This document shows positions 17,794 to 26,620 of a DNA stretch of 52,007 nt, piece by piece (within the stretch, counting starts at the first letter, position 1; every line of letters begins with the position of its first letter). The stretch is from NCBI GenBank assembly GCA_947501605.1, contig CANMWZ010000029.1, forward strand, positions 1-52,007, written 5' to 3'. Made by a program: the position numbers and the translations under genes. The notes under the pieces were generated by a model. The model was given only the letters and a program-made list of their open reading frames with translations. It was not told the DNA's origin and ran no database searches. The DNA is from Planctomycetota bacterium (GTDB lineage Bacteria > Planctomycetota > UBA1135 > UBA2386).

Positions 17794-18438
17794 TCAGGTG
17801 GTCGCGGCCCGCAGTTCGCGCAGCACGGCCCGTACGGGACTGCTGTCGCTGCCGACAAGGCGCAGGGGCAAGGCGATCAACTCGTAATCACCAGCGGGAA
17901 CGGCGGTCAGATCCAGGTTCTCGAGCAAGGCGATGCCGCCGCGGTAGAGCACGTGGTGGCCCTGCAGATCCTTGCTCGTCGCGTGGTCCGCGCTAGGCGT
18001 ATCGATGCCCACCAGCACGATGCCGGCGGCGACGAGACGCGCGGCTGCGGCCGGACCAATCGCGCAAAACTCGGGGTCCCATACACGACGATCGTGCTTC
18101 GCCGCGGTGCGCAACAGCAACCGCTCGGCGCCGTGCAACATTGCGTCGGTCAACGCTGCGGCAGGGACCAGTTTTGGCGAACCCTCGCCGCGAACGTCGA
18201 CGACGCGACAGCGGCCGATGTACTGGCGAAGGTCCACCGCCGCCATGTCTTGGCCCGCGCAGTCGAAGTGGAGCGGTGAGTCGGTATGGGTGCCGACGTG
18301 CACCGACATGCGCATCGCGCTGACGTTGCAGGCACTGCCTTGCTCGATGCGCGCAACCCACTCACGCGAGAACGGCGTGTCGCCCGGAAAAACCGCGCTC
18401 GACTCGTCAACCGGTTCGCTGATGTCCCAGAGCCTCAT
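17794..18438 (-). CDS. kynB: Cyclase-family kynurenine formamidase
   Basis: FPGD, HVGTHTDSPLHF (HXGTHXD), GIDTPS, LENLDL, YELIALPL, SPVRAVL; translationally coupled to kynureninase. Confidence 0.85.
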   Translation of the reverse strand: MRLWDISEPVDESSAVFPGDTPFSREWVARIEQGSACNVSAMRMSVHVGTHTDSPLHFDCAGQDMAAVDLRQYIGRCRVVDVRGEGSPKLVPAAALTDAMLHGAERLLLRTAAKHDRRVWDPEFCAIGPAAAARLVAAGIVLVGIDTPSADHATSKDLQGHHVLYRGGIALLENLDLTAVPAGDYELIALPLRLVGSDSSPVRAVLRELRAATT

Positions 18439-19634
18439 CCCGGTTTGCGCTCCTGCTTCTGGAAACGTTCAAAGCTCTTGTCGTCGAGGATCGCGCGCAC
18501 GCGCGCCACGCAGCTGCGGACCTCGTCCTCGGTGTTGTAGAAATGCGGCGCCACCCGCAAACCCGCTTCGGGGCGGAAGTCGACGACGATGTCCTCGGCG
18601 GCAAGTGCCTGACAGACTTCGTAGCCGTGTGGCACGTCGAGCGCGACGTGTCCGCCACGCTGCTGCGCTTGCCGTGGCGAGCGGATGCCGAGCCCCGCCT
18701 TCTCGGCGCATTCGACCAGCAGTTGCGTCAACTGCTGACTGCGGCGCCGGATGTTGGCAAGCCCGGCCTCGGCGACGATCGCGATGCCCTCTTTGCCGGC
18801 GTAGAGCGCCGGGACGTTCGGCGTGCCGGTGAAGAACTTGCCGCCGTCCTCGCGATAGTCCTGGCCCTGGTTGGAAAACAAGAACGGCTGCTTGTGCGCA
18901 GCCCAGCCCGTGAACATCGGGGTCAGCGACCGCCGCGCTTCGGGATCGACGTACAGAAAGCAGTTGCCGGCGCCGCCGCACATGTACTTCAAAGCGCCAC
19001 CGACTGCGGCGTGCACGCCCCAGCGATGCAGGTCGAGCGGCATAGTGCCACCGGAGTGGAACACGTCGGCGATCACGAAGGCGCCAACCTCGCGAGCGCG
19101 CCGCACGATTGCCGGCAGATCCTGGATGAAGCTGCTACGGAAATGCACGTGGTCGACCGCGACCAGCAGCGTCTCGTCGTCGATGGCAGCGAGCAGGCGA
19201 TCCAGATCGGTGGCGATGCCGTCCTTGTCACCCGGCACCCGCACCAGTCGCGCGCCGCGACGCACTTGCGCTTCGTAGGCGTACTGGTCGCTCGGGAAGT
19301 TGAGCTCGCAATAGACGATCTTGTTCCGCTTCGAGGCAAAGTCGAAGCACGACAAGATCATCTCGTTGGCGACGGCGACGTTTTGGTGCATCGACACTGT
19401 GCGCAGAGGCACGCCGAGGATGCCTTCGAGCGTGGTCGCCACTTGCTCCTGCAACACCCACCAGCCCTCGCCCCAGGCGCGGACCCCGCGCCGGTCCCAC
19501 ATGTCGAGAAACTGCGCCACCGACTCGCGCGCCGCAGCAGGCATCGCGCCGAGCGAGTTACTGATCAGGTAGTTGGCGCGCTGCAGGATCGGAAATCGCG
19601 CGCGCAGGGCCAGCAACGGGTCGGGAGAGCTCAT
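18435..19634 (-). CDS. kynU: Kynureninase (PLP-dependent, aminotransferase class V fold)
   Basis: YLISNSLG, NFPSDQY, DVFHSGG, GGALKYMCGGAG (PLP Lys), GWAAH, RGGHV, DFRP, LRVAPHFYNT. Confidence 0.82.
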   Translation of the reverse strand: MSSPDPLLALRARFPILQRANYLISNSLGAMPAAARESVAQFLDMWDRRGVRAWGEGWWVLQEQVATTLEGILGVPLRTVSMHQNVAVANEMILSCFDFASKRNKIVYCELNFPSDQYAYEAQVRRGARLVRVPGDKDGIATDLDRLLAAIDDETLLVAVDHVHFRSSFIQDLPAIVRRAREVGAFVIADVFHSGGTMPLDLHRWGVHAAVGGALKYMCGGAGNCFLYVDPEARRSLTPMFTGWAAHKQPFLFSNQGQDYREDGGKFFTGTPNVPALYAGKEGIAIVAEAGLANIRRRSQQLTQLLVECAEKAGLGIRSPRQAQQRGGHVALDVPHGYEVCQALAAEDIVVDFRPEAGLRVAPHFYNTEDEVRSCVARVRAILDDKSFERFQKQERKPG

Positions 19635-19745
19635 CGCGAAGGGCCGACGTTACGTCAGCACACGCGCCGCGCGCAACCTTTGCAGCATTCGGCGCGCCAC
19701 TTCGTGCTTTGCCGGTCGCAGCTCAGTGGGGATGGTGCTCAGTCC

Positions 19746-20531
19746 ATGCGCGTCGTCACCTGGAACGTCAACGGCATCCGCGCCGCGATCAAGAACGGCC
19801 TCCACGGCTTTGTCGAGAGCCTGCGCGGTGACGTGCTCATGCTGCAGGAAGTACGCGCGCTGCGGGCGCAATTGCCCGCCGACTTTCGACTCGCGGCCGA
19901 CATCGACGCGATTTGGCAACCAGCGCAAAAGCCAGGCTACTCCGGCGTGCTCACAGCGGCGCGGACCGGCAGCTTCACCGAACTCGGCCGCGGCATCGAC
20001 ACCGAGCTCGACCAGACGCGCGACCCCGAAGGGCGCGTGCTGTGCACGAAACACGGCGATTTCGAGTGCATCAACGTCTACCTGCCGAACGGCTCCTCGA
20101 GCCCCCTACGACAGGCCTACAAGGACGCATGGTGCCGCGACTTCTTCACTTGGCTGCGGCCGCGCACAAAGAGCAAGAAGCCTGTGCTGGTCGCCGGCGA
20201 CCTCAACATCGGGCACACCGAGGACGACATCTGGGACCCGCGCGGCAATCGCGAGACGTCCGGCTTTCTGGCCCATGAGCGCGCGTGGTTCGACGAACTT
20301 CTGGCCTCCGGTTGGCACGACTTGGTGCGGCTGCATTGCGGCCCCGGCAAAGGCCCCTACTCGTGGTGGTCCAATCGAGGACGGGCGCGTGAACTCGATC
20401 GCGGTTGGCGCATCGACTACGTGCTCGGCAATCGCGTCGCTCGCGAACGCCTGAAGGGCGCCTTCGTCGACCGCCGCGGCGGCCTCGAGGTCAGCGACCA
20501 CGCACCGGTGGTTGTCGACTTCGCCGACTGA
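19746..20531 (+). CDS. xth: Exodeoxyribonuclease III
   Basis: True start MRVVTWNVNGIRA at 19746; LQEV, GYSGV, EGRV, YLPNG, GDLN, YSWWS, GWRIDY, SDHAPV. Confidence 0.93.
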   Translation: MRVVTWNVNGIRAAIKNGLHGFVESLRGDVLMLQEVRALRAQLPADFRLAADIDAIWQPAQKPGYSGVLTAARTGSFTELGRGIDTELDQTRDPEGRVLCTKHGDFECINVYLPNGSSSPLRQAYKDAWCRDFFTWLRPRTKSKKPVLVAGDLNIGHTEDDIWDPRGNRETSGFLAHERAWFDELLASGWHDLVRLHCGPGKGPYSWWSNRGRARELDRGWRIDYVLGNRVARERLKGAFVDRRGGLEVSDHAPVVVDFAD

Positions 20532-20534
20532 ACG

Positions 20535-21836
20535 TCACTTCGCCCGGCGCCGGGTTGGGAGCAGGGATGGCAGCACGCCGTAGACCGCCACCGACCCGCT
20601 CGATGCCGCTTCGCCCTGGCGCGAGGCAACCAATTGCACACCTGGCTTCAGCACGCCTTGCCGGTTGCCACACAGCGCCGCGAACGCACCCGGCCGGTCC
20701 TTCATCAACAACTTCTCCGGACCGATGCACTCGCCCCCGTCGAACGTACGTTGATAGAGCTTCTCACACTGCTCGCTGCGCTTGCCATAGAACGCGAGCA
20801 TCTGATTGCCCGATCCGCGCGCGAGCACGAAGTGCGAGTAGTGCTCGTTGCCGCGGATGATCGGCTCGTCGTCGAACACATCGGTGCAGCGCCACTCATT
20901 GTCGCCGGGCTGCGCGTAGGCCACGCGTACCTTGCCCCTGCCAGGACCGTGGTCGGCATAGACATGGAGCACGTAGCGACCACCGAGTGCGTCGGTGCAG
21001 ACGAGGGATGTGTTGGCGATCCCAAAGGACTCTGCCATCGCGCCCGAAACCGACTCGTCGCTGTCCTGTACGAAGGCGCGCTTGTCAGCGTCATAAGTGC
21101 GCACGGCAATCACCGCGTCATGCGGACAGGTGCGATACGAACTCTCGATGCAATTGCCGTTCTGGTGCAGGTTGGCGGCGACGCCGTAGCTCGCGACATT
21201 CAACTGTTGAAGCGGGCCCCATGCGACCGTCTCGGGCTCGAGCACACGGATCGCCGTCGACCAGCCGCAGTTCCACGGGGGACCTGCGGGCGACGAATGG
21301 CTGCCGATCGCGGCCACCAGCGCGCCGTTCTGCGCAAGCTCGAGATCGCTGGCGAAGTACTGGTCGTCGCCCGAGACCGCCGTCGCCAGCTTGGTTGCGG
21401 TCCCGACCCACTCGCGGCGCTCCAGATCAAACGCCTGGTAGAACGGCTCGGAGAGACCGTTCTTGTCCGCCGCGTTCCACAGCAAGTGCAGTCTTGGCTG
21501 GTCGGGATCCGCGACGAGGGACGCGCCGCCCGAGCGTGGCATCGGCACCGTCGCCGCGCACGCCCATTCTACACCGTCGATCGACGACCACAGCTCGAGC
21601 GAGCTTCGCTCGGCGCGGCCCGTGGTCTCGTCCTTCGGCAGGTAGCGGCCGATCGTCAACCACCAATTGCCGTCGCTACCGCGGGCCACCGACTTTTGCG
21701 TGCACGCCATGCTGCTGACCGTCTCAGCAGGCTCGGCCTTGACCACGATCACCTCGCGAAACTGGCGCGGCAACGTTGCTGGCGCCTGAGCCCCACAGGT
21801 GGCAACCAGCAGCGAGAAGAGGCCGACGACACGCAT
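20535..21836 (-). CDS. Secreted hypothetical protein, probably beta-propeller / BNR-like
   Basis: Signal MRVVGLFSLLVATCGAQ; Asp-box-like WSSIDGVEW; beta-rich repeats. Confidence 0.65.
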   Translation of the reverse strand: MRVVGLFSLLVATCGAQAPATLPRQFREVIVVKAEPAETVSSMACTQKSVARGSDGNWWLTIGRYLPKDETTGRAERSSLELWSSIDGVEWACAATVPMPRSGGASLVADPDQPRLHLLWNAADKNGLSEPFYQAFDLERREWVGTATKLATAVSGDDQYFASDLELAQNGALVAAIGSHSSPAGPPWNCGWSTAIRVLEPETVAWGPLQQLNVASYGVAANLHQNGNCIESSYRTCPHDAVIAVRTYDADKRAFVQDSDESVSGAMAESFGIANTSLVCTDALGGRYVLHVYADHGPGRGKVRVAYAQPGDNEWRCTDVFDDEPIIRGNEHYSHFVLARGSGNQMLAFYGKRSEQCEKLYQRTFDGGECIGPEKLLMKDRPGAFAALCGNRQGVLKPGVQLVASRQGEAASSGSVAVYGVLPSLLPTRRRAK

Positions 21837-21974
21837 CAAACCATGCAATCGCACAGCCACGAGGCGGACAAGGGGCGAAGGCAAACCTCTGTCATGGGCA
21901 CGGAGAACACGGCGAGCGATCGTGCATGCAGCGGTGGCCGGTTTCATGATCGTGGCCACGCCAAACGAGCAGCC

Positions 21975-23294
21975 ATGCGTCGAAACTCCTTCCTGCGGCT
22001 GCCACTGTTGGCATTGCCGCTCGCCGCGACTGCCGCGCGGGCCCAATCCCCACCTGAAGAACGGCAACATCCAGCGCCCTACTCGCCGACGATCCACGAC
22101 GTGGCCCGCGAGCCGTACCGCGTACTGCGCGCCGGCGAGGGGTTTCGCGGCTCAGTGTTTGGCAGCGAGTTCGAGGCCGCCCCTCGCGATCGCCGCTCGG
22201 TCGCCGCGTGGGACGTAGGAGTTGCCAGTGCGCCGCGTGCCGAGGATGCCGCGGCGCTGCCATTCGCTTCGGCCTATCTGTGGCAGCGCCCGGACGACAC
22301 CCACTTCCTTCGAGCCATCGTCGCTGGCGTCTACAACGACATCACCATCGCCGGCAAACCCGCGGGCTCGAACACCGAAGTGCTGTTCACGTTCGAGAGC
22401 TATGCGTGGCCCGCCGCGTCAGCGCCGCTGATCGATGGTGAGATCGACGAGACGCGCGAACTGACCTGGGGCTATGCAAGACCGGGAGTCGGCATCGGCC
22501 TTCGCGATCCGATCGGCCCGGCGCAGGACAACTTGTTCGTCTGCAACCTGGTCGGAGAGGTCGGCGCATTGTGGTTCGGCCGCGGCGATCAGACCGATCC
22601 CGGCTTGGGCGTTCCCGACAGCACGACAGAGCTGCGCCTGCGCACTCAACTGCGGTACGACCTGCTGCAGCGCAACCTGCTCGAGATGCCGCACGAGGGC
22701 CATGCTCTGGGCGCCGACTTCGTCTACGGCCATCGCTCGGAGTGGGACGATTGGGGACCCGCTCCGTTGGCAGGTGCCGCGAACTCGACACGCAACTACG
22801 CGATCGCGACCGCCTATGGGTTCATGGCGTCGGGCGTGCCGTTCGTCGACAGCGAGTTCCATCGCCTGATCGCGTCGATCCACGCGGGCGTCGGCGACGA
22901 CACCGATCGATTCTCGGCGCCGCGCCTCGGAGGCGGGCCGGATCCGCGCGGCGAAGAGTTCGGACTCGTGGCGCGCCCCATCCTGCCAGGCGCAGCACTC
23001 GGCGAGTTCTATCCCTCACACTACGCGGTGCTGCATGCGGGCTATCGCCTGCAACCTATGTGGTTCGCTTTCGTCGATGTCGGAGCTACCGCAGCGTGGC
23101 TCGATCGCGATCGCCTCACCGGCCTCGGCACCGTGCGCAACGACGATTGGATGACAGCCGTCAACGCCCGATTGTCGTCGGGCTGCTTCGGTCGAACACG
23201 CTTCCAGCTCCTCTACGCCTACAACTTCGACGTAGTTCGCAACGGCGAGGACGGCGGCCACGAGCTAGCGTTCCACGTCACCGGCTTCTTCTGA
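21975..23294 (+). CDS. Putative outer-membrane beta-barrel protein
   Basis: Signal MRRNSFLRLPLLALPLAATAARAQ; alternating aromatic/Gly strands; terminal strand HELAFHVTGFF ending in Phe. Confidence 0.65.
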   Translation: MRRNSFLRLPLLALPLAATAARAQSPPEERQHPAPYSPTIHDVAREPYRVLRAGEGFRGSVFGSEFEAAPRDRRSVAAWDVGVASAPRAEDAAALPFASAYLWQRPDDTHFLRAIVAGVYNDITIAGKPAGSNTEVLFTFESYAWPAASAPLIDGEIDETRELTWGYARPGVGIGLRDPIGPAQDNLFVCNLVGEVGALWFGRGDQTDPGLGVPDSTTELRLRTQLRYDLLQRNLLEMPHEGHALGADFVYGHRSEWDDWGPAPLAGAANSTRNYAIATAYGFMASGVPFVDSEFHRLIASIHAGVGDDTDRFSAPRLGGGPDPRGEEFGLVARPILPGAALGEFYPSHYAVLHAGYRLQPMWFAFVDVGATAAWLDRDRLTGLGTVRNDDWMTAVNARLSSGCFGRTRFQLLYAYNFDVVRNGEDGGHELAFHVTGFF

Positions 23295-23365
23295 GCGAGA
23301 ACTCAGCATGCGTGCAACTCCACCGCATGCTGCGGGCGAACGGGCGAGCACCATCTGGCCTGCAC

Positions 23366-24112
23366 ATGCCACACCCTGCACTCGAACACACAGCACATCG
23401 ACCGTGGCCACTCTCACAGCGACCATGGGTGCTGACGATGCAATGGACCGAACTCGCGTTCTTGCACTGGCCGGTGGCCAAGGAATCACTGCAGCGACTG
23501 CTGCCTGCAGGTGTCGAAGTGGAAACCCACAGCGGCGACGCTTGGCTTGGCATCGTGCCGTTCCGCATGCGACGAACGCGCATTCGTGGACTGCCGCCGA
23601 TGCCGACGGCGCACGAGTTCCCTGAGCTCAACGTTCGAACCTACGTCCGCTGCGGTGGCAAGAGCGGGGTCTGGTTCTTCAGCCTCGATGCGACCAGCAG
23701 GCTCGCGGTCGAGGGAGCGCGCGCGACCTTCGGTCTGCCCTACTTTCGTGCCGAGATGGAGCTCGAGCAGCGAGGCCAGTTGGTTTCTTGCACCAGCCGG
23801 CGCACGGATGGCCGCGGCCCGCCAGCACGATTCGCCGCCGGCTACTGCCCCGGCGGCAATTCGCGACCGGCCGCGCGCGGTTCGCTGGAGCACTTCTTGG
23901 TCGAGCGCTACTGCCTGTTCGCGCCCGCTCGCGGCGGCGGTGTCCGCTGCGGCGACATTGCGCACGCGCCATGGCAGCTGCAGCCGGCCTCGGTGCAACT
24001 CGGCGTCTGCGACATGACCCGGCTATTGGGCCTGCAACTGCCCGACACTGCGCCGTTCGCGCTGTGCGCCGAGCCCGTCGAGGTGGCGGCTTGGGCACCC
24101 GTTCGCTGCTGA
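23366..24112 (+). CDS. YqjF / DUF2071 family protein
   Basis: HRPWPL...MQWTELAFLHWPV, AWLGIVPF, FPELNVRTYV, GVWFFSLDA, LEHFLVERY. Confidence 0.9.
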   Translation: MPHPALEHTAHRPWPLSQRPWVLTMQWTELAFLHWPVAKESLQRLLPAGVEVETHSGDAWLGIVPFRMRRTRIRGLPPMPTAHEFPELNVRTYVRCGGKSGVWFFSLDATSRLAVEGARATFGLPYFRAEMELEQRGQLVSCTSRRTDGRGPPARFAAGYCPGGNSRPAARGSLEHFLVERYCLFAPARGGGVRCGDIAHAPWQLQPASVQLGVCDMTRLLGLQLPDTAPFALCAEPVEVAAWAPVRC

Positions 24113-24195
24113 CTGAGCACGAGCCGGATGGCGACAGTTGCGGCACTGCAGTCGAGCCTGCAGCATTGGGCACTTCCACCAAAGACGACCAAGCC

Positions 24196-24816
24196 ATGCG
24201 TACAGCTCTAGCATTTGTCACCGGCATCGTCAGCGTCTTGCTGCTCGGCGCCACCATCCGCCCTGCCACCTTCGAACACGCAGAAGAACCCGGCGGGCAG
24301 GACCCGCAGGCGATGAAAGCGAAGATGGCGCAAGCAGCCAAGCTCACGCAGCCGGGGCCAAACCACAAAGTCCTGGAGCGCTTCCTCGGCACCTGGACCA
24401 CGGCATCGTCCTTCGTGATGGGCGGCAAGAAGACACCGCCGAGCGAGGGCACGATGACGTTCCGCTGGATCATAGACGGCCGCTGGCTCGCATGCGAATG
24501 GAAGGGCTCCCTGATGGGCCGCCCGTATGAGAGCTTCTGGGTGCTTGGCTACGACAACTTCAAGCAGAGCTTCGTCATCACCACGGTGCAGAACATGGAC
24601 ACCGCGATGTTGCGCTCCGAAGGCGACCTGACCCAGGACGGCAAGACCCTGGTCACCTGGGGAACGCTCGATGAGTACCTCACTGGAGAGCACGACAAGA
24701 TCGTCAAGAACGTGTTTCGCTTCGTCGACGCCGATCACCTGACCATCGAAGTGCACGACATGCACATCGGCGAGACCAACACGCAGGTGTTGGACATCGG
24801 CTTGGCGCGCAAGTAA
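24196..24816 (+). CDS. DUF1579-domain exported protein
   Basis: N-terminal TM/signal; PGPNHKVLERFLGTW, GRWL, LGYDNFKQ. Confidence 0.82.
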   Translation: MRTALAFVTGIVSVLLLGATIRPATFEHAEEPGGQDPQAMKAKMAQAAKLTQPGPNHKVLERFLGTWTTASSFVMGGKKTPPSEGTMTFRWIIDGRWLACEWKGSLMGRPYESFWVLGYDNFKQSFVITTVQNMDTAMLRSEGDLTQDGKTLVTWGTLDEYLTGEHDKIVKNVFRFVDADHLTIEVHDMHIGETNTQVLDIGLARK

Positions 24817-24932
24817 CCAGAACAAGGTTCCGCGGCGGCGGAGCTGACGATTCGACGCAACGGCGCGAGTTGGCGGACCAGTCGCCCCTCGCTCCGCGCG
24901 TCACGCGCCACGGCGATCGCGGCCCTCGAATG

Positions 24933-26612
24933 CTAGGCCGCGAAGAAGGTTCGCCGGATCGCGTCCAGCATCTCCGGTCGAGCACCGAGATCACCGGCGT
25001 TGCGCAGATGGAACTCGGCGTCGGCGCGCCGCCCGAGCAGCACGCACGCTTGCGCCAGATGCAACTGGGGCGACGGATCCGACGGCGCCAACTGGCTGGC
25101 TCGCACCAGGTGCTCGTGGCCGGCATCGACTTGGCCGCGCGCGACGAGCAAGATCCCCAAACGGTTGTGCACCTCGGCAAGTTCGGGATCGAGCGCGAGC
25201 GCCTTGCGCAGCGCGCTTTCCGCACGCCGCTCCTGCCGCAACTTGTGCCGCACGACACCCAAGAACAGCCAGGCCTCCGCCGCGTGGCGACATCGTCGAA
25301 CGACTTCGCGGGCTGCGCGCAGAGCCGGACGTTGACTGCCCTGCGCCATCAGCGTGTCGACGTTGCGCATGCCGGCGAACAGTCCGGGCACCTTGGCCAG
25401 TCGCAACAATCGTTCGATGTCGCGGCGACTCTCGCCGGCGTTCACGATCGCTGCCGCTCGCTCGAGCGCGACCATCGCCTCGCCTTGGTCGTCGAGGACA
25501 AGGCATGCCCGACCAAGGTCGAGCCAGAGTCCAGCATCTTCGCCATGCACCGCCACCGAGCGCTGCAACACGCTGCGTGCCGCCGCTACTTGCTCGCGTT
25601 CCATCAAGAACGAACCGACCAGCCGCGCCGCCGCTGGCGGCAGCGCGTCCAATGCTGCCAGTTGGTCGGTGATCTGGTCGCGAAGGGCCGCATCGCCGAG
25701 TCGATCGGCGACGGCGGCCAGTTGCGCGAGTCCCGATGGTGACAGTGCCCCGCGCTGCTGTGCCAGCCGAAGCACTTCGCTGGCGCGCTCCAGCTCACGC
25801 AAACGAAACCACAAGCCGGCGCAAATCTCGACGTCGACGGGCAGGACCTCGCGCGCCAACACCCGCATCCACACCGAGGCAGAAGCACGTTCATCGCCGC
25901 TCGCCTGCAGCAGCCCGGCGCACCGACGCATCGAACCCAAGTTCTGCGTGCGCTCGCCAATGCCGCGCAGCAGCTCGACGACTTGCTCACGGCGCGTGCC
26001 GGCGCGCAGCAGATGACCACAGGTCTCGAACGCCACTTCGTGCACAGCAGAAACGTCGAGCTGCGCCGAACTCTCGCGCACGGCGCGGAGCAGGTCGGCA
26101 TCGGCATCGAACGGGATCCCGGCTTCGAGCGACAGCAAGTGGTCTTTGGCGACGAGCCACCACGAGAGCGCTGGCCCCGGCGGAACCTCGAGCGGCTGCG
26201 GCCGCCCGGTCCAGCCGAGCACGCCTGTCACCTCGAACCACATGCGCGCCAGCGCCTCGGCGGGGCGATCGGCGCGGAACGGCACCTCGACGTCGAGGAG
26301 CAGCTTCTGGGTGACGCCATCGTGCGCGCGCAACCGCAACGACTCGGGTTGGACGAGCCCGTCGACCAGCAACGTGACTTCGCCGCGATGGTGCAGCGAC
26401 GCCAGCGTCGCCGCCGGCAGTAGCTCCCGCACGTGCAAGAACGTGCGGTGCCCGCCGGTGTTGGTCAGGTAGGGCAAGAAGCGCACGCCACGATCCGCAC
26501 CAGCATTGAGCGTCTGCACGAGTTGCCGCGGCAACTGCCGCGCGAGCACTTCCCATGGTGCGGCGGCGACCACGGGCTTGTGCCCGTCGGCCACGGCGAA
26601 TCCAAACACCAC
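24933..26612 (-). CDS. Tetratricopeptide repeat protein
   Basis: C-terminal TPRs (AEAWLFLGVV, ALALDPELAEVHNRLG, LAPSDPSPQLHLA). Start uncertain (about 26612-26624, abutting the upstream stop). Confidence 0.8.
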   Translation of the reverse strand: MVFGFAVADGHKPVVAAAPWEVLARQLPRQLVQTLNAGADRGVRFLPYLTNTGGHRTFLHVRELLPAATLASLHHRGEVTLLVDGLVQPESLRLRAHDGVTQKLLLDVEVPFRADRPAEALARMWFEVTGVLGWTGRPQPLEVPPGPALSWWLVAKDHLLSLEAGIPFDADADLLRAVRESSAQLDVSAVHEVAFETCGHLLRAGTRREQVVELLRGIGERTQNLGSMRRCAGLLQASGDERASASVWMRVLAREVLPVDVEICAGLWFRLRELERASEVLRLAQQRGALSPSGLAQLAAVADRLGDAALRDQITDQLAALDALPPAAARLVGSFLMEREQVAAARSVLQRSVAVHGEDAGLWLDLGRACLVLDDQGEAMVALERAAAIVNAGESRRDIERLLRLAKVPGLFAGMRNVDTLMAQGSQRPALRAAREVVRRCRHAAEAWLFLGVVRHKLRQERRAESALRKALALDPELAEVHNRLGILLVARGQVDAGHEHLVRASQLAPSDPSPQLHLAQACVLLGRRADAEFHLRNAGDLGARPEMLDAIRRTFFAA

Positions 26613-26620
26613 GACAACAG

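Noticed and set aside
21975..22000. Twin-arginine (Tat) signal in MRRNSFL
   Set aside because: Spacing differs from RRxFL, and beta-barrels normally use Sec.
18543..23294. Apparent long fusions (662-aa xth ORF, 886-aa ORF)
   Set aside because: The N-terminal extensions overlap real opposite-strand genes; the true starts are 19746 and 21975.
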